Assembly (NCBI GenBank): GCA_030621085.1
Contig: JAUXIJ010000003.1
Span: 17,588-81,587, forward strand
Origin: Candidatus Cloacimonadota bacterium
GTDB taxonomy: Bacteria; Cloacimonadota; Cloacimonadia; Cloacimonadales; TCS61
DNA: 64,000 nucleotides
Direction of reading: 5' to 3'
Of the stretch, positions 56,319 to 64,000 are shown piece after piece. Numbering within the stretch: position 1 is the first letter of the stretch; the number at the start of each line of letters is the position of its first letter. The notes beneath the pieces were generated by a model. The model did not search any database. It was not told the DNA's origin and saw only the letters and a list, made by a program, of their open reading frames with translations. The position numbers and the translations under genes are program-made.

Positions 56319-59300
56319 ATGTCTATTAAGCTAAAGTGTCTTTTTCTGTTCGGTATATTGTTCTCGCAATTGCATTCCTACAATTTCTTCTCTCCTGTCA
56401 TCAAGCAGGAACGGTTGAACGTTGCAGAAGAACTTAATTTTAAACTGCAACATAATAGAATAATCATAAATTCAGAAAAAGTCTTTCAAGATTCGTTTCT
56501 GCTTGAACCCAAAATAGATTACAAATTTGATTACACTTCGGGTTCGATAGAATTTACAAATTTAATTGGGAGTGTAACCGTAGAATATTATATCTATCCA
56601 TCCAATCTGCTGGAAAAGTTTTATTATTACCAGGTTCAGGATTATACGGACAGCACAGAAGTTAAACTGCCACCACGACGAAGATTCCGCTTATATGATG
56701 ATACCAGCCTGAATATTTCAGGCAGCAAAACAATTTCCATTTCTTTTGCCAATAATGAGGATTTCAGTTTGGATCAATCATTGTTTCTGCAGATCAATGG
56801 TAAGCTGGGGGAAAACCTGAATATCGAAGCGCAGCTTTCCGATAGCCAATCTCCTATTACACCGGAAGGTGATTCGAGGGAATTAAGCAGCCTTGATAAA
56901 GTTTTTCTGCGTTTGTATGGAGCCAACTATGAACTTGCTTTTGGCGACCTGGAGATGGAATTCAATGAAACACAATTTATGAATTATTCCCCCAAATTTG
57001 AAGGTTTGAAAGCCGGGTGGTTCGGCAGGAACAGTTTCCAGGGTGCACTGGCTATTTCCAAAGGGAAAAAAGCAACTGTAACTTTTAATGGAATCGAAGC
57101 TAAACAGGGACCGTATTATCTGAGCACTGAAAATGTAGAGGGCTTGCAAGTGATTCCGGGCACAGAAGAAGTTTTTTTGAATGGTGCAAAACTTGGACGT
57201 GGTTTAGATTATACGATAGATTATTCCGAGGGAAGCGTTACATTTACGAATGAGCACTTCATTTCAACCAGCAGTTATATCCAGGTTACATTCCAATACG
57301 CCGATGAGAATTACCGGCAGAATATGTACCTGGCAACTTCCCGCATGAAAGTCTCCGATAGAATAAACATATCAAGTAACATAGTTATGCAAAATGACGA
57401 TAAAAACAATCCCCTGCAGGATACTTTTTCTGAACCTGATATCGAAGCATTGCAGCAAGCGGGAGATAATATTGCCTTTAGCAATGGTATTGTAGAAGTT
57501 GAAGATGGATTGTATGAATATAATGAAGAAGGAGATTATTACTATTATGTGGGCAACGATACTACTATAGTGGGGCATTACAATATTTCCTTTACTGATG
57601 TAGGTTTTGGCAATGGAGATTACGAATATAATGAAGAAGGTAATTATTATGAATATGTTGGAGAAGGACTGGGAAGTTATTTACCGCTGAAGAAATTACC
57701 TTCACCGGGAAGTAAATCGAATTATAACTTAATAATTGATTACGAAGGAGATTACTACAAATTCAGTGCGGAAGGGGTTTTCAGCAAGGAAGATAAGAAT
57801 AGTTTCTCTAGACTGGATGATGCCGACAATAATGGTTATGCAGCACATGTAAGTGCAAATTTCTTCCCGGATTTCGATAAACTCAAACCTGAATTCAACT
57901 TCCAGTTTCGCCGAATTGGTGATAACCTATCATTATTTTCCGATTTGCAAAATCCCCTCGATGTATACGAATTTAGTCAGTTTCCCGATACCCTTGCCAG
58001 TACAATGTATTCCTGTAATGTGAGCATGGATATCTTCGATTTTTATCAACCTTCCATCACTTATAAAAACCTGGTAGCAGAAGATTATGCAGAACAGGAA
58101 AATTGGTCGATCTCTTCCAATATAAAGCAGAAGAAGTTTATACCCGAATTATACCATCAATACCTGAACTGGAAACAGGATTATTGTGAAGAAGAAAGAA
58201 CGTATCAGACAAAACAGCATGACTTGAAGGTTAGTTATAAATACTCACATCTAAAAATAGGTACCGAACATTATAATAAACGAAATACTTTTGAGACTTC
58301 TTATGATACATTAAATGCCCGGCAGATTAACAACCTACAACACTGGCATTACTATCTGGAAACAGTAAATACAAGCAACTATGCAGCAAATTTCTCATAT
58401 CTGAAGGAGAATGAAAAGTTTGAACAATATAGTACAGAAAGTGATTCCTTGTCGGAGGATATTTCTCAGACGTATAGTTTGAACACAATGCTTAATATTG
58501 ACCGTCACAGGATGCAAGTGAGAATTTCCCACAGGAAAAAAGAGGACAGAAAACTTAACACAAGCAATGATTTCAACATGGCAGACATGTCTCTGGCAAA
58601 TTCTTTCCTGAAAGATGCTGTCGGAATAAATTCCAGTTACTCACTGAAAAATGTGGAGTTTTATCCCAAGATCAAAGAATTCCAGTACATTGGTGATGAT
58701 ATGGGCTCCTACGATATAGATACAGTTTATGTGGGCTTCAACCAGGGAGATTACGATTGGAAAGTGATCGAGATCGATTATGACAATCCCGATATGTCGG
58801 TGGAAGTTAATGCCACCTTAAATTTAAACCTGAATCCTAAACTACTCACAAACTCGTTCCTGAAAAAATTCCAGAGCGAAACTTACATCTTGATTTCCGA
58901 AAATTCCACAGAAGATGAGAAAAGAAAGATCTATTTGCTGTCTCCTGATGTTTTAATGAATAATGAAACAACTATTTACGGCAGGCAGATTATCCAGCAA
59001 ACTTTCTGGTATGAAATGATAAAAAGAAAATTAACTTCAAAATTTAAATATAAGCAAGAGAAAACTCTGGATAACCGTTATGTAGATGTTTGTGAAAGAA
59101 AAGATATAACGGATTGGGAAGGAACTTTACGACTCACTTCATTAAAAAATACTAACCTTGAAGTGATCTATGAAAACCGCTGGGAAGAAGATTCCCGTTA
59201 TGAATCAAATACAATTTTAAACTTCTATGCTCTTGATATACGGAACAGGTTGAACGATGATCTTACAATTAATTCTTCATTGCAATATTCGCAGGAAGAC

Positions 59301-59609
59301 GGAAATAAGAGTAATAATAGCAATAAATATCAGATAAAAGCGTATAAGTTAGAGGAGTCTGTAACTTATTTCTTTAAAAGAAAATACAGGCTTTATGCCA
59401 AAGCCAGTTACAAGAGAAATACACGCTCAGGCTCGGTTTTCTTAAGTTTTTTAGCTGACAAAAAAGACGGTGATATCTTTAAGTGGAACATGAATCTGGA
59501 TTACAGGATGAGTAATTATACTTCAGCCCGACTGGAATATTCGGGAGACAGCTACCCGGATAGAGAACAAATTCACCAGTTGAGTATTGAAGTGAAGGCA
59601 GAATTTTAA
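56319..59609 (+). CDS. Large predicted outer-membrane protein (beta-barrel candidate), co-operonic with the T9SS cargo pair
   Basis: 1096 aa. Signal peptide MSIKLKCLFLFGILFSQLHS. Y/N/S/T-rich alternating pattern with a terminal ...IEVKAEF (C-terminal Phe, as in OMP beta-signals). Internal duplication YEYNEEG(D/N)YY.YVG at about 57512-57660. Starts 10 nt after paralog B. Confidence 0.6.
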   Translation: MSIKLKCLFLFGILFSQLHSYNFFSPVIKQERLNVAEELNFKLQHNRIIINSEKVFQDSFLLEPKIDYKFDYTSGSIEFTNLIGSVTVEYYIYPSNLLEKFYYYQVQDYTDSTEVKLPPRRRFRLYDDTSLNISGSKTISISFANNEDFSLDQSLFLQINGKLGENLNIEAQLSDSQSPITPEGDSRELSSLDKVFLRLYGANYELAFGDLEMEFNETQFMNYSPKFEGLKAGWFGRNSFQGALAISKGKKATVTFNGIEAKQGPYYLSTENVEGLQVIPGTEEVFLNGAKLGRGLDYTIDYSEGSVTFTNEHFISTSSYIQVTFQYADENYRQNMYLATSRMKVSDRINISSNIVMQNDDKNNPLQDTFSEPDIEALQQAGDNIAFSNGIVEVEDGLYEYNEEGDYYYYVGNDTTIVGHYNISFTDVGFGNGDYEYNEEGNYYEYVGEGLGSYLPLKKLPSPGSKSNYNLIIDYEGDYYKFSAEGVFSKEDKNSFSRLDDADNNGYAAHVSANFFPDFDKLKPEFNFQFRRIGDNLSLFSDLQNPLDVYEFSQFPDTLASTMYSCNVSMDIFDFYQPSITYKNLVAEDYAEQENWSISSNIKQKKFIPELYHQYLNWKQDYCEEERTYQTKQHDLKVSYKYSHLKIGTEHYNKRNTFETSYDTLNARQINNLQHWHYYLETVNTSNYAANFSYLKENEKFEQYSTESDSLSEDISQTYSLNTMLNIDRHRMQVRISHRKKEDRKLNTSNDFNMADMSLANSFLKDAVGINSSYSLKNVEFYPKIKEFQYIGDDMGSYDIDTVYVGFNQGDYDWKVIEIDYDNPDMSVEVNATLNLNLNPKLLTNSFLKKFQSETYILISENSTEDEKRKIYLLSPDVLMNNETTIYGRQIIQQTFWYEMIKRKLTSKFKYKQEKTLDNRYVDVCERKDITDWEGTLRLTSLKNTNLEVIYENRWEEDSRYESNTILNFYALDIRNRLNDDLTINSSLQYSQEDGNKSNNSNKYQIKAYKLEESVTYFFKRKYRLYAKASYKRNTRSGSVFLSFLADKKDGDIFKWNMNLDYRMSNYTSARLEYSGDSYPDREQIHQLSIEVKAEF

Positions 59610-59639
59610 AAATGAAAGTATAATAAAAAAGGTGGGGAA

Positions 59640-60233
59640 ATGATAGAGAATATTAAAAGATCATTTCAGAATGCAGCAGAAACGTTTGCTCAATTTGCAG
59701 CGGATCAAAACATAATAAATGCAACTGAGAAAGTAGGGATCATCGTCGCAGAGTGTTTCCGGAAAGGAAATAAGTTATTGATATTTGGTTATGGCGGCAG
59801 CTCTACTGATGCCATGCATTTTGCGGAAGAACTTACAGGCAAATTCCGAAAAGACCGCCAACCATTGCCGGCTATTTCGCTCACCGATCCTTCGCACATA
59901 ACTTGCGTGGCGAATGATTATGGGTTCGAAGAAGTTTTTGCACGTGGGGTAGAAGCACTTGGAAAAACGGGTGATATTGCAATCGGCATCTCCACCAGTG
60001 GCAATTCAGAAAACGTGATCCGTGCCTTGGATAAGGCAAAAGAACTTGGAATGATTACAGTTGCTTTAATTGGGATGGATGGTGGAAAGCTGAAAAATAT
60101 TTGCGATTATGAAATCCTTGTGCCGGGAAAAACCACAGACCGCATACAAGAACTTCACATCACCGTGCTGCATGTTATTATCGAAACAATAGAACGAATT
60201 CTGTTCCCGCAGAATTATCGGGATAGCAAATGA
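59640..60233 (+). CDS. gmhA: Phosphoheptose isomerase (SIS domain)
   Basis: 197 aa. Contains GYGGSSTDAMHFAEELTGKF, ISTSGNSENV and DRIQELH. Confidence 0.85.
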   Translation: MIENIKRSFQNAAETFAQFAADQNIINATEKVGIIVAECFRKGNKLLIFGYGGSSTDAMHFAEELTGKFRKDRQPLPAISLTDPSHITCVANDYGFEEVFARGVEALGKTGDIAIGISTSGNSENVIRALDKAKELGMITVALIGMDGGKLKNICDYEILVPGKTTDRIQELHITVLHVIIETIERILFPQNYRDSK

Positions 60234-60667
60234 AGTTGGTGATCCAACGGGTAAGTTCCGCAACCATAGAGGTTGAAGGTAAAACAGTTTCCAGTATAGA
60301 AAAAGGATTGCTGGTATTGTTGGGAATTACCTGCGAAGACAACGGTTCACAAATCGATTGGCTGGCTAATAAACTGGTGGATCTGCGCATCTTTGAAGAC
60401 GGAAACGGGAAAATGAATCTTTCCCTGAAAGATATAAATGGAGAAATATTGTTAGTCTCTCAATTTACACTTTATGCCAGTTGTAACAAAGGCAGAAGAC
60501 CGGATTTCAATGCTGCAGCCCGTCCTGAATTAGCAGAAGAACTATATCTGAAATTTGCGAAAAAATTAGAAGAACTTGGTGTAAAACCTGAACTTGGTAT
60601 TTTTGGTATACACATGAATATTAATCTTGTTAATGACGGACCTGTTACAATTGTTCTGGAGAAATAA
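60230..60667 (+). CDS. dtd: D-aminoacyl-tRNA deacylase
   Basis: 145 aa. Contains MKLVIQRV, SQFTLYA and NDGPVTIVLE. 4-nt overlap with gmhA. Confidence 0.9.
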   Translation: MKLVIQRVSSATIEVEGKTVSSIEKGLLVLLGITCEDNGSQIDWLANKLVDLRIFEDGNGKMNLSLKDINGEILLVSQFTLYASCNKGRRPDFNAAARPELAEELYLKFAKKLEELGVKPELGIFGIHMNINLVNDGPVTIVLEK

Positions 60668-60670
60668 GCG

Positions 60671-61258
60671 ATGATAAAAAACGTCATTTTCGATCTGGGA
60701 AAAGTTCTTATTGAGTTTGATTTTGATGGTTTTTATACTGCTCTGGGTTATGATCCTGCCGAAAGAACTCTGGATGAAGCAAATGGACCTATTCTTCTAT
60801 TTGAAGCTGGAAAGATCTCTAAAGCTGTTTTTTTTGAAGAAATAAAAGAAATATATGGCTTCGATCTGTCTTTGAAAGAATTTGAAATTCTCTGGTGCAG
60901 TGTTTTTTCCAATGCAAAGGAGATGATTGAACTGGCCAGAAAGATCAGTGAAAAATATGATGTATTCATTCTATCTAATACTGATGAGATCCATTTCCCA
61001 TATATCTGGAAAAATTTTCCTGAACTGCATTTCTTCGAAAAAAAATTGATGTTATCATATGAATTAAATTCTGTGAAACCGGAAAAGGAAATATACCAAA
61101 ATGCAATTGAAAAATTTGGCTTGAATCCTATTGAATGCGTATTTATAGATGATCGACCGGTTAATGTAAATGTAGCTGAAAAGTTCGGAATGAAGGGAAT
61201 TGTTCATCAAAGTTTTATTTGTACAGAAAAAAAACTTGCTAAAATCTTGACTATGTAA
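60671..61258 (+). CDS. HAD-superfamily hydrolase
   Basis: 195 aa. Contains IKNVIFDLGKVL (DxG variant of motif I), LSNT and FIDDRPVN. Confidence 0.8.
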   Translation: MIKNVIFDLGKVLIEFDFDGFYTALGYDPAERTLDEANGPILLFEAGKISKAVFFEEIKEIYGFDLSLKEFEILWCSVFSNAKEMIELARKISEKYDVFILSNTDEIHFPYIWKNFPELHFFEKKLMLSYELNSVKPEKEIYQNAIEKFGLNPIECVFIDDRPVNVNVAEKFGMKGIVHQSFICTEKKLAKILTM

Positions 61259-61404
61259 AGATAAATTCCAGTTTTGTTTTTATGTTTAAGATGATTGATA
61301 TAAAAAAAAGTATCTATGTAAAACGCAAGATTATGTGGTAGTAAGAATAATGGAAGAAAATAAAAGACCATTAATATTAAATAACACAATTATCAGAGGA
61401 ATAC

Positions 61405-61536
61405 ATGGCTAACGAAAGAAAAAATACTTTCCGTACAAAAGACAGAAGAAAAAACAGTTCGATTTTAGATTCTGTTATCTGGCGCCTTACCAGTAAAGAA
61501 AGAAGATCTAGTAAAGATCGTCGAAAAAATAAATAA
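61405..61536 (+). CDS. Arginine-rich 43-aa micro-protein (candidate)
   Basis: My translation is MANERKNTFRTKDRRKNSSILDSVIWRLTSKERRSSKDRRKNK. Preceded by AGAGGA. It is a paralog of the next micro-ORF. The track shows only an antisense 121-aa ORF here. Confidence 0.4.
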   Translation: MANERKNTFRTKDRRKNSSILDSVIWRLTSKERRSSKDRRKNK

Positions 61537-61548
61537 AAGGGGGAGGAA

Positions 61549-61677
61549 ATGATTAAACGAAGTAATATCAATAGGAGATTGACTGAGAGAAGAAAGCAGG
61601 AGATTCCTGTTGAATTCGAAAGAAGAATTTTATCTGAAAGACGTTCAGGAGAAGATCGAAGAAAACACTTTGCATAA
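61549..61677 (+). CDS. Arginine-rich 42-aa micro-protein (candidate)
   Basis: My translation is MIKRSNINRRLTERRKQEIPVEFERRILSERRSGEDRRKHFA. A strong SD AAGGGGGAGG lies 4 nt upstream of the ATG. Confidence 0.45.
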   Translation: MIKRSNINRRLTERRKQEIPVEFERRILSERRSGEDRRKHFA

Positions 61678-61793
61678 ATCAAAATTTCAAAAAAATAAAT
61701 TAATGTTAATTTCGCTGAGAAGGGATTCGTATTGATGTTCAATTACGAATTAAAAAAGATATGTAAACTAATGTAAAAAGAAGGAGAAATGAA

Positions 61794-64000
61794 ATGAGAA
61801 AAATGAAATTAATTTTTACATTCATTGTTTTAGTAACAAGTCTGAGTTTCTTATTTGCAGATTGGGACTATGTAGCTGGAGGGTATATTTCCAAAATCGA
61901 CTTCGTTGGAAATGATGGATGGGCTGTTTTAAGTGAAGGTCTTGTAATTCATACACCAGATGGCGGAATAACATGGGAATACCAGGAAACTGCCACAACA
62001 GAAAGACTTTACGATGTTAGTTTTGTTACTAATTTAGAAGGATGGGTAGCAGGAAATGATGGGCTGATATTCCATACTACGGATGGCGGAAATACATGGA
62101 TACAACAAAATAGCTCAACAACAACAAATCTTCAATCCATTATTTTCGTAGATGCTCTTAATGGTTGGGCAGCCGGAAGTTATGGCGAACTCATTCATAC
62201 TTCTGATGGTGGTGTTACATGGAATTCACAAACCAGCGGTATAAGCAGTAAAATCTATTCGATCTTTTTTATTGATGCCCTCAATGGCTGGGCAGTTGCT
62301 GCTAGTGATTACATTATTCACACAACTGATGGCGGTGTAACCTGGACTACTCAGACCAATCCTACCACAGATTCAATGAAAGATGTTATTTTTTATGATG
62401 CTAATGAAGGCTGGGCAGCCGGTCAACATTCAATAATTCATACTGTTGACGGTGGAGCAACCTGGGTAGAACAAACAAATCCTGGTGATGAAAATCTCTA
62501 TGGAATTGGAATGGGTGATAACAATCACCTCTGGGTTGTAGGTATTGATGGTGAAATATTAGCTACAACCAATGCCGGTGCAACCTGGACTGAACAGAGT
62601 TTCTCTATGGATTGGTTCCTTGGAGCTTACTTTGAAAATAGTCTTACAGGCTGGATCGTAGGTTCTGGCGGTGCAATCTACAAAACAACAGATGGAGGTA
62701 CGACTTGGATTATTCAACAAGCAGGAACATCTTCCGGATTAAGACGAACTGTTTTTGTTGATGAAAATAATGTGTGGGGTTGTGGAACTAAAGGATTTAT
62801 TATCCATTCTGGAGATGGTGGATTAACCTGGGAAAGTAAAGACTCCGGCTTTGATGACTGGATCTGGGATATAACTTTTGCTTCGGATAACCTTCACGGC
62901 TGGGCTGCAGGTGATGATCAAACTGGTGAGACTCCCATTCTTGCTACTGTAGATGGCGGAGAAACATGGATACAACAACCTACCGGTATATATGTTGATG
63001 TCGTAGGGATCGAAGCAGTTAGCACTACAGAGGTTTTTGCTGCTGCTAAAGATGGCATTATTCTTCATACAACTGATGGAGGAACCACCTGGAATCAACA
63101 AACCAGTGGTGTATCTTCAGATTTCAAAAGCATTGAAATGCAATCTGAAGATATTGGCTGGATCGTTGGTTCAGATGGTATTATTCTTTACACAGATAAT
63201 GGTGGTACAACCTGGGTGCAACAAACAAGTGGAACTACAGAAAATATTTATGATATTGAATTTGTTGACCCTCTAACTGGATGGGCAGTTGGTTATAATG
63301 GAGTAATTCTTCATACAACAGATGGTGGAACTACCTGGAGTTTTCAATCAACTGGAACTACTGATGATTTCACCAGGCTTTCAGTAATTAATGCAGATGA
63401 AGTTTGGACGATTGCTGATGAAGGATTTCATACTACAGATGGTGGTCTCACCTGGACTGCAGTACCAATTCCTTGTTCTATAGGATTATGGGGTGTAGAT
63501 TTTGCCAATAGTAATCTTGGTGTTGCTATGGGTAATGGCGGAATTGTTACAAGATTCACCTCAGAGGAATTATACTCTCCACAAAATCTGTTTGTAGACG
63601 ATACTGGTTATGCAACCTGGGAAGCTCCAGGTGGCGGAGCTGTTGTAGACTTCACCATCGATCTTACAGATGATTATGGTGATGGTTGGAACGGTGGTAC
63701 ACTTGACCTTGCCGTTAACGGTACGGTAGTTCTGGATGATATTACTGTAGTTTCAGGATATGGACCGGAAACATTTGTTTTCAGCGTTGCCAATGGTGAT
63801 TTTGTAGAAATCTATTTCACCGCTGGTGGCTGGGCATATGAATGTGCTTATTATGTTTACGATAATCTTGGTAATCTTGTAGTTTCCTCCGGTGATGGCG
63901 GTGTTGAACCGGATGCTTATGTCTCATTCACAGTTGTTGTTACTGATGATCATCTGGTAAGATCAACAAAAGTTAACTCGAGTTTGAAATTTAGCGGACA
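61794..64000 (+). CDS. Secreted multi-blade BNR/Ycf48-like beta-propeller protein with a following YGDGWNGG-motif domain (3' end beyond window)
   Basis: Open at the window end, so absent from the track. MRKMKLIFTFIVLVTSLSFLFA signal peptide after AAGGAG. I count 13 repeats of T.DGG.TW at about 40-aa spacing. These are followed by DLTDDYGDGWNGGTLDLAVNG. Confidence 0.85.
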   Translation, partial: MRKMKLIFTFIVLVTSLSFLFADWDYVAGGYISKIDFVGNDGWAVLSEGLVIHTPDGGITWEYQETATTERLYDVSFVTNLEGWVAGNDGLIFHTTDGGNTWIQQNSSTTTNLQSIIFVDALNGWAAGSYGELIHTSDGGVTWNSQTSGISSKIYSIFFIDALNGWAVAASDYIIHTTDGGVTWTTQTNPTTDSMKDVIFYDANEGWAAGQHSIIHTVDGGATWVEQTNPGDENLYGIGMGDNNHLWVVGIDGEILATTNAGATWTEQSFSMDWFLGAYFENSLTGWIVGSGGAIYKTTDGGTTWIIQQAGTSSGLRRTVFVDENNVWGCGTKGFIIHSGDGGLTWESKDSGFDDWIWDITFASDNLHGWAAGDDQTGETPILATVDGGETWIQQPTGIYVDVVGIEAVSTTEVFAAAKDGIILHTTDGGTTWNQQTSGVSSDFKSIEMQSEDIGWIVGSDGIILYTDNGGTTWVQQTSGTTENIYDIEFVDPLTGWAVGYNGVILHTTDGGTTWSFQSTGTTDDFTRLSVINADEVWTIADEGFHTTDGGLTWTAVPIPCSIGLWGVDFANSNLGVAMGNGGIVTRFTSEELYSPQNLFVDDTGYATWEAPGGGAVVDFTIDLTDDYGDGWNGGTLDLAVNGTVVLDDITVVSGYGPETFVFSVANGDFVEIYFTAGGWAYECAYYVYDNLGNLVVSSGDGGVEPDAYVSFTVVVTDDHLVRSTKVNSSLKFSG

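Noticed and set aside
61377-61742. 121-aa minus-strand ORF from the track
   Set aside because: Its sequence is low-complexity and L/F/S/I-rich, typical of the antisense of a purine-rich coding strand, and it has no RBS. The plus strand has two RBS-preceded paralogous micro-ORFs that explain the region better.
62823-63276. Track ORFs 62823-63101 (-) and 63037-63276 (+)
   Set aside because: Both lie inside the long unlisted plus-strand propeller ORF (61794 to window end). The clear T.DGG.TW repeat periodicity of that ORF identifies the true frame.

Overview
Low-GC bacterial window with very dense coding. All genes from 1 to 49461 are on the minus strand and all genes from 49576 to 64000 are on the plus strand. 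I saw no rRNA, tRNA, CRISPR array, transposase or integrase.

Gene content, T9SS-type C-terminal sorting domains and the acyl-CoA/ETF repertoire suggest a syntrophic, amino-acid or fatty-acid fermenting member of the FCB-related candidate phyla, possibly Cloacimonadota-like. That placement is inference only.

Contents in order:
(1) glyA (partial) and rpiB.
(2) A large branched-chain acyl-CoA supercluster. It holds thiolases, 3-hydroxyacyl-CoA dehydrogenase, crotonases, a split methylcrotonyl-CoA carboxylase, an archaeal-type HMG-CoA synthase/thiolase/DUF35 trio, three acyl-CoA dehydrogenases, EtfAB, HdrA-like and HdrD-like proteins, a B12 acyl-CoA mutase with MeaB, and two phosphate butyryltransferase paralogs.
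(3) Two defence islands interrupt that supercluster. Island 1 (12.7-20.4 kb) is a Type I R-M operon with RadC-like and AlbA_2 genes translationally coupled inside it. Island 2 (35.9-44.0 kb) is a three-gene cassette: PLD-SNF2 helicase fusion, AlbA_2/HATPase_c_4/wHTH protein, and a 1082-aa N6-adenine methyltransferase.
(4) Envelope and housekeeping genes: aminotransferase, DUF374 acyltransferase, lpxB, yjbQ, pspC-like, tautomerase, gmhA, dtd, HAD.
(5) Two tandem 987-aa paralogous T9SS-cargo proteins followed by a 1096-aa predicted outer-membrane protein.
(6) Two arginine-rich micro-ORFs and a partial multi-blade BNR/Ycf48-like propeller protein at the window end.

The best candidate for an undescribed system is island 2. 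It fits none of Type I/II/III R-M, BREX or DISARM as I know their definitions.

All calls rest on reading the translations and the DNA by eye. No database searches or computed statistics were available.
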